A stretch of 32,000 bases of DNA from Alkalilimnicola ehrlichii MLHE-1 (GCF_000014785.1 NC_008340.1:2370001-2402000); one strand, 5' to 3'. Positions 20,474 through 32,000 are shown, counted from the stretch's first letter. Numbers and translations: made by a program. The notes: generated by a model from the sequence alone, not told the origin.

Positions 20474-20577
20474 CGTAGCGAAGCAGTCTTTATGTCTTGA
20501 CCATCACCGGGTAATGGATTGCTTCGTCGCTTTGCTCCCGCACCACCCACCCGGCTGGTGTCTCCCCATTTTTTCCA

Positions 20578-21104
20578 GGGCGGGTCTGCAAGCTGCTGAA
20601 GGTGGGCGGTTATCCGCTGATGAGCGTGGTGGCACCGGATCTGGGCAGCGGTCAGACATTGCCCCTGCTCACGCGGCTGCTCTCCTCGGCGCGAGCGGGC
20701 CATCGCAGTGAGAATACGGATTTGCTCTCGGTGATGGAGACGGTTCAGCGCCATGTGTCTGGAGCGCCCTTATGGGTGATTGGCCGGGGCGGGGATCGGG
20801 GCCGGGGCCGGGGCCGACGCCAGGGTGAGCGACTGATCCAGGCGTACCTGGATCGGTGGGCATGCGAGGAGGGGTACCGCTTCACCAAGCAGGGCTTTCA
20901 GCTCGAGGGCGTGCAGGCTCGGCGCCAAAGCGGGGGAACCAGCCGATATTTCCCTTATCCTCGCTGCTTGCCGGTTGGCAGCGGCTCTTCCAGTCCGCAC
21001 GACGCGTTTATTACCACTGGTGGCGACGACCTCATAGGCCCAAGCCGCCCATCATCCCCGACCAGTTTGCTGACAGCCCAACGCTGATCCCAATACGCTC
21101 GTAA
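20578..21104 (+). pseudogene. Degraded IS4-like DDE transposase (internal deletion plus C-terminal frameshift)
   Basis: Frame 20602-21087 gives RSENTDLLSVMETVQRH...PLWVIGRGGDRG, then directly ERLIQAYLDRWACEEGYRFTKQGFQLEGVQARR (Y-x2-R-x3-E-x6-K signature region). The likely C-terminal tail (LLAGWQRLFQSARRVYYHWWRRPHRPKPP) continues in another frame. Confidence 0.6.
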
Positions 21105-21350
21105 ATAATGGGGAAACGCCAGACCGGGCGGCCCTTGTGTACCTGTCTGCCGTTTCGGTCACAACCACCACGTTGACCCCCGGGACGTAAACGGCCATGG
21201 CGGGCTGCTGGCCGGTGCCGGTGACTGGGTGGCGCTGGCCGGTGGCCTGATCATCCTGCTGCTGGGCGCGGGCCTGTTTGCTGCTGCCCTGGGGACCACC
21301 CCGGCCATCTACCGGCTCTGACCCAACGGGCGGCATGCCCCGTCGCCGGC

Positions 21351-23306
<1,956 letters not shown>

Positions 23307-23628
23307 AAGGGCCTCCCCATCGCCCGCAGCGTCCCGGCCATACCCTATGCAGGAACGGCGCCACGTTTCCCGCTTGAGGTTCCAGGCCATTGTAGTCCGC
23401 GCGCGGGAGGGGATGAGGGTCGGCCTGCGTGCGCGCCGGACATGGCCGGACTGTCCGGAAAACGGGCGCCGGGTGTCCGGCCTCCGAACAGGACACCTTG
23501 TCAGGCCTCGTCCTCCCGCCCGATAGCGGGCGACGCCCACATCGCCCCGGTGGTTGGCATGGCTACAGGAAGGGATAGGCAATACCCGGCACCCCCGCAA
23601 GGCGTAGAACCGCGGCTTGCCGCCTCAA

Positions 23629-23644
23629 TCAAACGACTGTTAGA
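23629..23644. promoter_or_regulatory. Candidate operator for a PsrA/FadR-type fatty-acid regulator
   Basis: TCAAAC-GACT-GTTAGA, 5/6 half-site symmetry, in the divergent region between acetoacetate-CoA ligase and the SDR gene. Confidence 0.3.
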
Positions 23645-23691
23645 GTCCAAGAACAACAAGCAGAACGATCCGGAAGGATGGAGAGTGACCC

Positions 23692-24519
23692 ATGAGCCTG
23701 CACCAACGCACCCTGTTCATCACCGGCGCCAGCCGGGGGGTGGGCCTGGCCATTGCCCTGCGCGCCGCCCGGGACGGGGCAAATATCGCCATTGCGGCCA
23801 AGACCGACCGGCCCCACCCGAGGTTGCCCGGCACCATCTACACCGCTGCTGAGGCCATCGAACAGGCCGGCGGCCGTGCCCTGCCCCTGACGGTGGACAT
23901 CCGCGATGAGGACCAGGTGGCGGCGGCGGTGGAGCGCACCGCTGATCACTTTGGCGGTATCGACATCCTGGTCAACAACGCCAGCGCCATCCGCCTGAGC
24001 GGCACGCTGGACACGGAGATAAAGCACTTCGACCTGATGCACCAGGTGAATGCCCGCGGCACCTTCCTCTGCGCCCGGGCCTGCCTGCCCCACCTGCTGC
24101 GGGCGGACAACCCCCACGTGCTCACCCTGTCACCGCCGCTGAATCTCAAGCCGGAGCACTTCGGCCCCCACCTGGCCTACAGCCTGGCCAAGTTCGGGAT
24201 GAGCCTCTGCACGCTGGGGCTGGCCGAGGAGTTCCGCGACCGCGGGGTTGCCTTCAACTCGCTCTGGCCGCGCACGCTGCTCGATACCGCGGCGGTGCGC
24301 AACCTGCTGGGTGGCGAGGGGGTGGCGCGCCGCGGTCGCCGCCCGGAGATCGTGGCCGACGCCGCCCACGTCGTGCTCACCCGCGCCGCGCGGGGACAGA
24401 CCGGGCAGTTCCTGATCGACGAGGCGGTGTTGCGCAAGGCCGGGGTCACCGACTTCCGCCGCTACCAGGTCGATCCGGACCTGGCGGAATCCGCGTTGAT
24501 GGACGATCTGTTTCTCTGA
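23692..24519 (+). CDS. Short-chain dehydrogenase/reductase, HSDL2-like
   Basis: 275 aa; LFITGASRGVGLAIALRAARDGANIAIAAKT, DILVNNASAI, YSLAKFGMSL. GGAAGG ribosome-binding site. Confidence 0.88.
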   Translation: MSLHQRTLFITGASRGVGLAIALRAARDGANIAIAAKTDRPHPRLPGTIYTAAEAIEQAGGRALPLTVDIRDEDQVAAAVERTADHFGGIDILVNNASAIRLSGTLDTEIKHFDLMHQVNARGTFLCARACLPHLLRADNPHVLTLSPPLNLKPEHFGPHLAYSLAKFGMSLCTLGLAEEFRDRGVAFNSLWPRTLLDTAAVRNLLGGEGVARRGRRPEIVADAAHVVLTRAARGQTGQFLIDEAVLRKAGVTDFRRYQVDPDLAESALMDDLFL

Positions 24520-24576
24520 GCCATCCCCGCGATGGCAATATCCCCGGCAACGACTAGAGTTGATGACAACGACCAA

Positions 24577-24592
24577 TCAAACAAACGTTTTG
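24577..24592. promoter_or_regulatory. Candidate operator upstream of fadI
   Basis: TCAAAC-AAAC-GTTTTG, a CAAAC-N-GTTT-type imperfect palindrome 63 nt upstream of the fadI start codon. Confidence 0.3.
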
Positions 24593-24654
24593 CCTAGGCA
24601 TCGATTCCTGACCTGCGCCGAGCGGGGCGACGGATCGGGGAGGAGACACCATCC

Positions 24655-25971
24655 ATGACGACGCGAATCAACCCCGCGCCCAGTGAGCGTGGACGGCGGG
24701 TGGCCATCGTCGCCGGCCTGCGCACGCCCTTTGCCCGGCAGCTCACCGCCTACCGCGAGCTCTCGGCCATCGACCTGGGCATCCTGGTGACCGCCGAGCT
24801 GATGGCGCGCCTGGACCTGGACCCGGCCCTGGTGGAGCGGGTGGTTTACGGGCAGGTGGGCATCCTGCCCCAGGCCCCCAACATCGCCCGCGAGGTGGTG
24901 CTGGGCGCCGGCCTGCCGGCGGGCACCGATGCCTACAGCGTCTCCCGCGCCTGCGCCACCAGCTTCCAGTCCACTGCCGAGGTGGCCACCGCCATCGCCA
25001 ACGGCGAGATCGAGATCGGCCTGGCCGGTGGCGCCGACTCCACCTCGGTGCTACCGCTGCAGCTCAGCCGGCCGTTGGCCCGGGCCCTGATTCATGCCAG
25101 CAAGGCCCGCTCCCTGGGTGAACGCCTGCGCTGCCTCAGGGGCGTCCGGCCGCGGCACTTCATCCCCAGGCCACCGGCGGTGAAGGATTACACCACCGGC
25201 CTGGGGATGGGGGATATCGCCGAGCAGATGGCCAGGAACCACGGCATCGGCCGCGAGGCCCAGGACCGCTTCGCCCTCGACTCCCACCGCAAGGCCCACC
25301 AAGCCTGGGAGGAGGGGCGGCTGGCCGACGAGGTGATGCCGGCCATCGTCCCGCCCTATAAAGAGGCGCTGGCGCGGGACAACAACATCCGCGGGGACAG
25401 CAGCCCGGAGCAGCTCGCCCGGCTGCGCCCGGCCTTCGACCGGCGCCACGGCACCGTGACCGCGGCCAACTCGACGCCGCTCACCGACGGCGCCAGCACC
25501 CTGCTGCTGATGCGCGAGGACCGGGCCCGGGCCCTGGGCCACACCCCACTGGGCACCCTGCGCAGCTGGGCCTTCACCGCCATCGACCCCTTCAACGACG
25601 GCCTGATGGGGCCCTCCTACGCCACCCCGCTGGCGCTGGACCGGGCCGGTGCGACCCTGGACGACATGGCACTGGTGGACATGCACGAGGCCTTCGCCGC
25701 GCAGTCGCTGGCCAACCTCAAGCAATGGCCCAGCCGTCGCTTTGCCCGCGAGGCCCTCGGGCGAAACGCCCCCATCGGCGAGGTGGACCCGGAGCGGTTC
25801 AACGTCCTGGGGGGCTCCATCGCCTACGGCCACCCCTTCGCCGCCACCGGCGGCCGGATGATCGTACAAACCCTGAATGAACTGCGCCGGCGCGGCGGCG
25901 GTCTCGCCCTGACCACCGCCTGCGCCGCCGGCGGCCTGGGCGCCGCCATGGTGTTGGAGGTGGACGGATGA
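24655..25971 (+). CDS. fadI: Acetyl-CoA C-acyltransferase, FadI-like thiolase
   Basis: 438 aa; [75 protein letters not shown]. Confidence 0.92.
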   Translation: MTTRINPAPSERGRRVAIVAGLRTPFARQLTAYRELSAIDLGILVTAELMARLDLDPALVERVVYGQVGILPQAPNIAREVVLGAGLPAGTDAYSVSRACATSFQSTAEVATAIANGEIEIGLAGGADSTSVLPLQLSRPLARALIHASKARSLGERLRCLRGVRPRHFIPRPPAVKDYTTGLGMGDIAEQMARNHGIGREAQDRFALDSHRKAHQAWEEGRLADEVMPAIVPPYKEALARDNNIRGDSSPEQLARLRPAFDRRHGTVTAANSTPLTDGASTLLLMREDRARALGHTPLGTLRSWAFTAIDPFNDGLMGPSYATPLALDRAGATLDDMALVDMHEAFAAQSLANLKQWPSRRFAREALGRNAPIGEVDPERFNVLGGSIAYGHPFAATGGRMIVQTLNELRRRGGGLALTTACAAGGLGAAMVLEVDG

Positions 25972-28112
25972 CAACGCACCCGAAGACGGCACAAGAGAAC
26001 CGGCCGGAACAGGAAACCGCCTTCCACCTGGCCCTGGGCGATGACGGTATCGCCGTGATCACGGTGGATGTGCCCGGCGAGCGCATGAACGTGCTCAAGG
26101 GCGAGATGGTGCGCGAGGCCAACGCCCTGCTCGATACCCTGGACGAGCAGCCTGCGCTGCGGGGCGTGATCTTCACCAGCGGCAAGGCGGACAACTTCAT
26201 CGCCGGGGCCGACGTGCACATGCTGGCCGCCTGCGAGACCGCCGAGGCCGCCCGCGAGCTGGCCCACGCCGGGCAGCGGCTGTTCGACCGGCTGGAGGCC
26301 TTTCCGAAACCGGTGGTGGCCGCCATCCACGGCACCTGCCTGGGCGGCGGCCTGGAACTGGCGCTGGCCTGCCACGGCCGGGTGGCCACCGACCACCCGG
26401 CAACGCGCCTCGGCCTGCCCGAGGTGCAACTAGGCCTGTTGCCCGGCAGCGGCGGCACCCAGCGCCTGCCCGACCGGGTGGGGCTGCCGCTGGCCCTGGA
26501 CCTGATGCTCACCGGCCGCCAGCTGCGCGCCCGCCAGGCCCGGAAGCGCGGGCTGGTGGACGACCTGGTGGCCCCGCCCATCCTGCTGGACGCCGCCCGC
26601 AAACGGATCGATGAGCTGGCCGAGCCGCGCCGCCATCGGCCGAAGCGACCACTGACCACCCGGCTGCTGGAGAACAACCCGCTGGGCCGACGGCTGGTCT
26701 ACCGCCAGTCCGAGCGCACGGTGCAGGCCAAGACCCACGGCAATTACCCGGCCCCGCCGCGCATCATCGACGCGGTGCGCGCCGGCCGGGAGCGGGGCCG
26801 CCAGGCCGGGCTGGAGACCGAGCGCCGCCACTTCGGCGAACTGGCCATGACCCCCGAGGCCCGGGCCCTGATGGCGCTCTATTTCGCCACCACGGCACTG
26901 AAAAAGGACAGCGGCACCGATGCCGGCGTCGAACCCCGGCCGGTGCGACGAGTGGGTGTGCTCGGCGCCGGCCTGATGGGGGCCGGGATCGCCTACGTCA
27001 CCAGCGCCAAGGCCGGGACCCCGGTGCGCCTCAAGGACATCGCGCTGGAGGGCCTGAACAACGGCATGCGCCACATCGACGGCGAGATCCGCGCCCGGCA
27101 CAAGCGTGGGGCACTGACCGACTTCGAGGCCACCCGCCAGCGCACCCGCGTCACCCCCACCCTGGACTACCGTGGCTTCGGTGCCCTGGACGTGGTGATC
27201 GAGGCGGTCTTCGAGGATCCGGAGCTGAAACACCGGATGCTGGCCGACGTGGAGGCCCACGGCCCGGAGCATGTCATCTTCGCCAGCAACACCTCGTCCC
27301 TGCCCATCAGCGAGATCGCCACCGGGGCGCAACGGCCGGAGCGGGTCATCGGCATGCACTACTTCTCACCGGTGGAGAAGATGCCCCTGCTGGAGGTGAT
27401 CGCCACCGACCGCACCGACCCCGAGGTCATCGCCACCACCGTCGCCCTGGGCCGGACCCAGGGCAAGACCGTGATCGTGGTGCGCGACGGCGCTGGCTTC
27501 TACGTCAACCGCATCCTCGCCCCCTACCTCAACGAGGCCTGCCGGCTGCTGCAGGAGGGCGTGGCCATCGACCACATCGACCGCACCCTGGTGCGCTTCG
27601 GCTTCCCGGTGGGCCCCTTCGCCCTGCTGGACGAAGTGGGGCTGGATGTCAGCGAGAAGGTGGCGCCCATCCTGCACCGGGCCTTCGGCGAGCGCATGAC
27701 CCCGGTGGACGTGGGCGGGCGGATGCTGGCCGACGGCCGCAAGGGGCGCAAGAGCGGTAAGGGGTTCTACCGCTACGACCGCAAGCGTGGCAAAGGGGGG
27801 CGCCCGGTGGACGAGGGGGTCTACCGGCTGCTCGGGCTGGCACCGGGGCGCGACATGGCACCAGAGGCGATCATCGACCGGACCGTGCTGCCCATGATTA
27901 ACGAGGCGGTGCGCTGCCGGGATGAAGGGATCATCCGCTGCGAGCGGGACGGGGATATCGGTGCAGTGTTCGGCATCGGCTTCCCGCCCTTTCGCGGCGG
28001 CCCCTTCCACTATCTGCGCCAGCAGGGCGCGGCCGGGGTAACCGAACGCCTGCAGGCCCTGGCCGCGGAGCACGGCCCACGCTTCGCGCCGGCCCCCTCG
28101 CTCCAGGGCTGA
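25968..28112 (+). CDS. fadJ: Fatty acid oxidation complex alpha subunit, FadJ-like
   Basis: 714 aa; enoyl-CoA hydratase domain ([42 protein letters not shown]) plus 3-hydroxyacyl-CoA dehydrogenase domain ([45 protein letters not shown]). ATGA overlap with fadI. Confidence 0.94.
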   Translation: MTTHPKTAQENRPEQETAFHLALGDDGIAVITVDVPGERMNVLKGEMVREANALLDTLDEQPALRGVIFTSGKADNFIAGADVHMLAACETAEAARELAHAGQRLFDRLEAFPKPVVAAIHGTCLGGGLELALACHGRVATDHPATRLGLPEVQLGLLPGSGGTQRLPDRVGLPLALDLMLTGRQLRARQARKRGLVDDLVAPPILLDAARKRIDELAEPRRHRPKRPLTTRLLENNPLGRRLVYRQSERTVQAKTHGNYPAPPRIIDAVRAGRERGRQAGLETERRHFGELAMTPEARALMALYFATTALKKDSGTDAGVEPRPVRRVGVLGAGLMGAGIAYVTSAKAGTPVRLKDIALEGLNNGMRHIDGEIRARHKRGALTDFEATRQRTRVTPTLDYRGFGALDVVIEAVFEDPELKHRMLADVEAHGPEHVIFASNTSSLPISEIATGAQRPERVIGMHYFSPVEKMPLLEVIATDRTDPEVIATTVALGRTQGKTVIVVRDGAGFYVNRILAPYLNEACRLLQEGVAIDHIDRTLVRFGFPVGPFALLDEVGLDVSEKVAPILHRAFGERMTPVDVGGRMLADGRKGRKSGKGFYRYDRKRGKGGRPVDEGVYRLLGLAPGRDMAPEAIIDRTVLPMINEAVRCRDEGIIRCERDGDIGAVFGIGFPPFRGGPFHYLRQQGAAGVTERLQALAAEHGPRFAPAPSLQG

Positions 28113-28241
28113 GGCCACGCCCCGTCGGCGCGGACGTCCCGCCGCGGGCGTCACGTCATTGCGGGCCCCTTCGCCGTCATTGCGGGCGCGGACCCGCCCC
28201 CACCATCAATGCGAGGAGCGAAGCGCAAACCCGCCCCCACC

Positions 28242-28317
28242 GTCACTGCGAGGAGGCGAAGCCGACGCGGCAGTCTACCGCCCTGGATCGCCACGGGCCT
28301 TCGGCCCTCGCGATGAC
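28242..28317 (+). repeat. 76-bp palindromic-type intergenic repeat, unit 1
   Basis: GTCACTGCGAGGAGGCGAAGCCGACGCGGCAGTCTACCGCCCTGGATCGCCACGGGCCTTCGGCCCTCGCGATGAC. Also present at 28404-28479 and, inverted, at 20329-20404. Confidence 0.9.
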
Positions 28318-28335
28318 GGGGGGAAGCCTTCGGCC

Positions 28336-28593
28336 CTCTTGATGAACATGGCCAGACGCTGCGGGCGCCCCCTACCCTCACTGGGAGCGCGGTCCCCCCC
28401 ACCGTCACTGCGAGGAGGCGAAGCCGACGTGGCAGTCTAGCGCCCTGGATCGCCGCGGGCCTTCGGCCCTCGCCATGACGGGTGGGGCGCCCCCCTCGCG
28501 ATGACGACCGAAAACCCGCGGCCCTCGCCATGGCAGCCCCGCCGTTCTTCCCTGATTCGCGCCCGCGCAGCGGGGAGGGGGGCTCGCAATGAC
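28336..28593 (+). repeat. Intergenic palindromic-repeat block, copy B of a ~260-bp inverted duplication
   Basis: Near-identical over its length to the reverse complement of 20212-20473. Contains 76-bp unit 2 (28404-28479). Confidence 0.9.
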
Positions 28594-28606
28594 CGTTTGT
28601 ACGGCA

Positions 28607-29134
28607 TCAGTCCAGGCCGGAGAGATGCCCCTCGAAGGCGCGCCAGTCCTCGATGGCCGCCGGCACCGGGGGCGCCTCCGGCGCCTGCCCCAGCACCTGG
28701 GCGAAGACCTCGGCCGGCGGCACATGCCCGCCTCTGCAGCGGATCACCCCCTTCACCAGCCCGATGGCCACCGTTCGCCCGTCGCGGACGAAGCGCTGCT
28801 CCACATAGAACCACTTGTCATCCCAGCAGAGCATACGGCTGCGCAGTTCGAAGCGTTGAAAGGGGAGCAGCGAACGGCGCCAGCGCACCATCGAGGAGGC
28901 GATCACCGGCATCCAGCGCTCCCTCACCACCACCCGGCCCAGGCCGCTGCGCAGCATCAGGTCGATCCGGCCCAGGTCCATCAGGGTGAGGAAACGACCG
29001 TTGTTCATGTGCCGGTTCAGGTCCAGGTCGAAGGGCCAGACCCGCATCCGCAGCACGGACTCGTCCAGCGCCCCCAGCCGGGGCCGGAAACGGGCCATCA
29101 GACTGAGCCACAGCAGCCGGAAATACAGGTTCAT
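28607..29134 (-). CDS. Acyl-CoA thioesterase-like protein (4HBT/hot-dog fold)
   Basis: MNLYFRLLWLSLMARFRPRLGALDESVLRMRVWPFDLDLNRHMNNGRFLTLMDLGRIDLMLRSG. DLNRHMNNGRY-like catalytic region of thioesterase-superfamily proteins. ATG 29134 preferred over the upstream start at 29179. Confidence 0.82.
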   Translation of the reverse strand: MNLYFRLLWLSLMARFRPRLGALDESVLRMRVWPFDLDLNRHMNNGRFLTLMDLGRIDLMLRSGLGRVVVRERWMPVIASSMVRWRRSLLPFQRFELRSRMLCWDDKWFYVEQRFVRDGRTVAIGLVKGVIRCRGGHVPPAEVFAQVLGQAPEAPPVPAAIEDWRAFEGHLSGLD

Positions 29135-29390
29135 GGCGGTGCCACCCCCTTTCGATGACGGTTCAAACGACTGTATCAAACCTTAACTCGGGCCCGCGTT
29201 TAAAACGAAGGCCCGCCACGGCGACCGGGCCATGCTGCAAACGCACAAAATTAAACACCCGGATCAGCAGCTTAACTCGTTTTAAACGCTTGAAAGAGCG
29301 ACGCCCTCTTTCTAACCTTGAACCAGGTCGTCAAACGACCGATTAGAACGACCGAACAACAAGGCCTTGCTGAAAGCAGGAGGAGAACCG

Positions 29391-30714
29391 ATGCATCCAG
29401 TTCCCCAGAGCCAGGACACTGGCCGTCGCCCTGCCCTGCGCCCTCGCCCTCGGGGGCATCTCCGGGACCGCGGCCGGCGCGGCCTTTGCCCTCAAGGAGC
29501 AAAGCGCCACCGCGCTCGGCAATGCCTTCGCGGGCGCCACCGCCGGCGCCGAGGACCTCACCTACAGCTTCTTCAACCCGGCCGCCCTGGCCTGGGGCTC
29601 GGGCACCGAGATCGCCCTGGTGGGCAGCTATATCCTGCCCGAGTTCGAGTACGAATCGGATGACCCCACCGCCGGCAACCCCTACCCCGGGGACCACTCC
29701 AGCAGGAGCCGGGAGGCCGCCTTCGTGCCGGTGGGTTACGCCGCCTGGGAACTGCGGGACGATATCCGCATGGGCGTCGGGGTGACGGTGCCCTACGGGC
29801 TGGAGACCGACTATGACCGCGACTGGATCGGCCGCTACGACGCCATCAACACGGAGTTGCTGACCATCGACATTAACCCCACCGTCGCCTGGCGGGTCAA
29901 TGAACAGTTCGCCGTGGCCGCGGGGCTGTCCGCACAGTACGCCGACGCCAGCCTCAGCAGCGCCATACCCGGTCAGGGGATGGACCCCTCGACCGACGGC
30001 AAGCTCGACGTGGAGGGGGACAATTGGGCCTATGGCTTCAACCTGGGGGCCCTGTTCGAACCGGTCGAGGGGACCCGCCTCGGGGTGGCCTACCGCTCGC
30101 GCATCACCCATGACCTTTCGGGGGATGCCGAGTACGACCCGGCGAACTTCGGCCCGGGCACCGCCGAGCCCCAGGAGGTCGGGGGGAGCGCCAAACTGCG
30201 CCTGCCCGAGACCCTCAGTCTGGGCATCCACCAGGCGATCAACGACCGCTGGGCGGTGATGGCCGACGCCACCTGGACCCGCTGGAGCCGCTTCGATGAG
30301 CTACGGGTGGATTTCGACGAGGACATCACCATCGGCACCACCCTGATGGGGCCGATCACCTCCTCCGGCAGCGTCGACGACTACAGCTGGGACGACACCT
30401 GGTTCGTCGCCCTGGGCGCCACCTTCCGTCCCAACAACGAATGGGCACTGCGGGTCGGGGTGGCCCACGACGAAAGCCCGGTCAGCAACTGCTGCCGCAC
30501 CCCGCGCATCCCGGACGAGGACCGCACCTGGCTGGCCTTCGGCGCCAGCTACCAGCCCAATGACAACGTGAAACTGGACTTTGGCTACACCTACATCTGG
30601 CTGGACGACGCCGATATCGTGCTGAACGACGACAACCCCAATGTCCCGGACGTGGAGGGCGAGTACGAAAGCTCTGTGCAGATCCTCACCGCCTCATTCA
30701 ACTACCGGTTCTGA
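29391..30714 (+). pseudogene. fadL: FadL/OMPP1/TodX-family outer membrane protein with apparent start-proximal frameshift (uncertain whether a true pseudogene)
   Basis: Frame open 29374-30714 encodes a signal peptide-like segment (ARTLAVALPCALALGGISGTAAGAAFALKEQSATALGNAFAGATAGAEDLTYSFFNPAALAW) and a complete FadL-like beta-barrel ending SFNYRF. The ATG with a good Shine-Dalgarno (AGGAGG at 29379-29384, ATG 29391) is in a different frame. Confidence 0.8.
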
Positions 30715-30922
30715 CAGCCCGCCTGTCGATCGCCCCACCGGGGGCCGGACACCCCCGTTCGGCCCCTTTCTCATTCCACCAGCCGGACCTCACTCCATTT
30801 TTTTATTCGTATCCGGCATTAAATTACCACGATCAATTCTTTTTTTTGCTAAGCCCCAGGCGTTACGCTCTCTCAAACCGTCAACGCCTCGTCACGGGAT
30901 GGGAGACTGGAGAGCCCGCGTT

Positions 30923-31660
30923 ATGGCCAACAGACCACAGGCATTGAAGATCCACCCCCAGCCGGTTCTCGCCCCCGGGGAGCTCGACTCGGTCCGACGG
31001 CAACTGGCGGCGGCATCGGCGCAGGAGCGTGTGCGCTGGGGCCTCGCCCGCTTCCCCGGACGCATTGTCCTCGCCTCCAGCTTCGGGGCGCAGGCCGCGG
31101 TGTCCCTGCACCTGGTGACCCGTGAACAGCCCGACATCCCCGTGGTACTGGTGGATACCGGCTATCTCTTCCCGGAGACCTACCGCTTTGTGGACGAGCT
31201 CACTGAACGGCTCGGTCTCAACCTTCAAGTCGCCCGCCCGGCGCACTCCGCGGCCTGGCAGGAGGCGCGCTTCGGCCGTCTCTGGGAGCAGGGCGTCGAG
31301 GGGATCGAACGCTACAATCGGATGAACAAGGTCGAGCCCATGCAGCAGGCCCTGGAGACCTTGGGGGCCGACGCCTGGTTTGCCGGGCTGCGCCGGCAGC
31401 AGGCGCACTCGCGGCAACAACGGCAGGTGGTCGAGATCCAGAACGACCGGGTCAAGGTGCATCCGATCATCGACTGGACAGACCGGGATGTCCACCGCTA
31501 CCTGACCCGCCACGACCTGCCCTACCACCCCCTCTGGCACGAAGGCTACGTCTCCATCGGCGACGTCCACACCACCCGCCGGCTCGCCGACGGCATGAGC
31601 GAGGAGGAGACGCGCTTCTTCGGCCTGCGCCGGGAGTGCGGTCTGCACGACCTGGTCTGA
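30923..31660 (+). CDS. cysH: Phosphoadenylyl-sulfate (PAPS) reductase
   Basis: 245 aa; [53 protein letters not shown]-terminal ECGLH. Lacks the extra CC pairs of Fe-S APS reductases. Confidence 0.9.
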   Translation: MANRPQALKIHPQPVLAPGELDSVRRQLAAASAQERVRWGLARFPGRIVLASSFGAQAAVSLHLVTREQPDIPVVLVDTGYLFPETYRFVDELTERLGLNLQVARPAHSAAWQEARFGRLWEQGVEGIERYNRMNKVEPMQQALETLGADAWFAGLRRQQAHSRQQRQVVEIQNDRVKVHPIIDWTDRDVHRYLTRHDLPYHPLWHEGYVSIGDVHTTRRLADGMSEEETRFFGLRRECGLHDLV

Positions 31661-31673
31661 GCATCGGCCTGGT

Positions 31674-31730
31674 TGACGCCCGCCCCCGCCTCCGCGGTCA
31701 GCGGTGGCGGTCGGCGGGTGGGTGGCGTCA
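31674..31730 (+). terminator. Imperfect hairpin downstream of cysH, possible terminator
   Basis: TGACGCC (31674-31680) / GGCGTCA (31724-31730) perfect, continued by imperfect GC-rich pairing. No U-tract. Confidence 0.3.
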
Positions 31731-31783
31731 GACGCCGGACACGCCCGCCGTCGGTTCCCGGGTCCTGCGCTCACTGGATCTGG

Positions 31784-32000
31784 TTATCCTCCGGACGCTG
31801 GGTGACTCCACGAGACCGCCAGATAGCCCGCCGCGATCACCGCCAGGGTCAGTAACAGCAACCCCAGCCAGGCCCCGCGCCAGGACGATCCGGAGGCACG
31901 CAGATTCAAATACACCATCGCCACCTGGTGGGCCTTGAAGCCGGTGCTCAGCAGCAGCAAGCCGGCGGACCACAGCGGCAATGTCCGGGCAGCCCCTTCA
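31784..32000 (-). CDS. Small membrane protein resembling cytochrome c oxidase subunit IV / NorF-like proteins (N-terminus outside window)
   Basis: Open frame to window edge: EGAARTLPLWSAGLLLLSTGFKAHQVAMVYLNLRASGSSWRGAWLGLLLLTLAVIAAGYLAVSWSHPASGG*. Two or more TM segments, FKAHQVAMVYLNLR motif. Confidence 0.5.
   Translation of the reverse strand, partial: EGAARTLPLWSAGLLLLSTGFKAHQVAMVYLNLRASGSSWRGAWLGLLLLTLAVIAAGYLAVSWSHPASGG

Noticed and set aside
21150-21320. Short hydrophobic ORF (GGLLAGAGDWVALAGGLIILLLGAGLFAAALGTTPAIYRL*) after the transposase remnant.
   Set aside because: No in-frame ATG/GTG start with a ribosome-binding site. At best a truncated gene fragment, so not listed as a feature.
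28152-28593. Possible CRISPR array.
   Set aside because: Units are ~76 bp, internally palindromic, irregularly spaced and present in inverted orientation elsewhere. There is no uniform repeat-spacer periodicity and no cas gene.

Overview
The window looks like ordinary chromosome from a high-GC, probably haloalkaliphilic gammaproteobacterium. The taxonomy is inferred from gene content only.

Left to right it holds: the 3' end of a class I fructose-bisphosphate aldolase; a seven-gene Mrp-type cation/proton antiporter operon (mrpABCDEFG); nadC; ettA; purU; metY (- strand); a cobalamin riboswitch upstream of a class I ribonucleotide reductase (nrdA, nrdB); metR (-) divergent from metE; a degraded IS4-like transposase; acetoacetate-CoA ligase (-); an SDR dehydrogenase; fadI and fadJ; an acyl-CoA thioesterase-like gene (-); a FadL-family porin; cysH; and the start of a small COX IV/NorF-like membrane protein (-).

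The most interesting non-coding signals are:
(1) Two large, related composite palindromes in the 575-bp nrdA-nrdB spacer. They lie in opposite orientation. They share an AGGGAT hairpin loop and a 26-nt linker (23/26 identical), but their long, near-perfect stems have unrelated sequences.
(2) A B12 riboswitch with a well-placed sigma70 promoter in front of a B12-independent class I RNR, with B12-independent metE close by.
(3) A ~260-bp near-identical inverted duplication, 7.9 kb apart, built from 76-bp palindromic repeat units.
(4) A start-proximal frame disruption in fadL.
(5) Recurrent TCAAACGACYG-type sites near fatty-acid genes.

No CRISPR array, defence system or new protein-based system could be supported.
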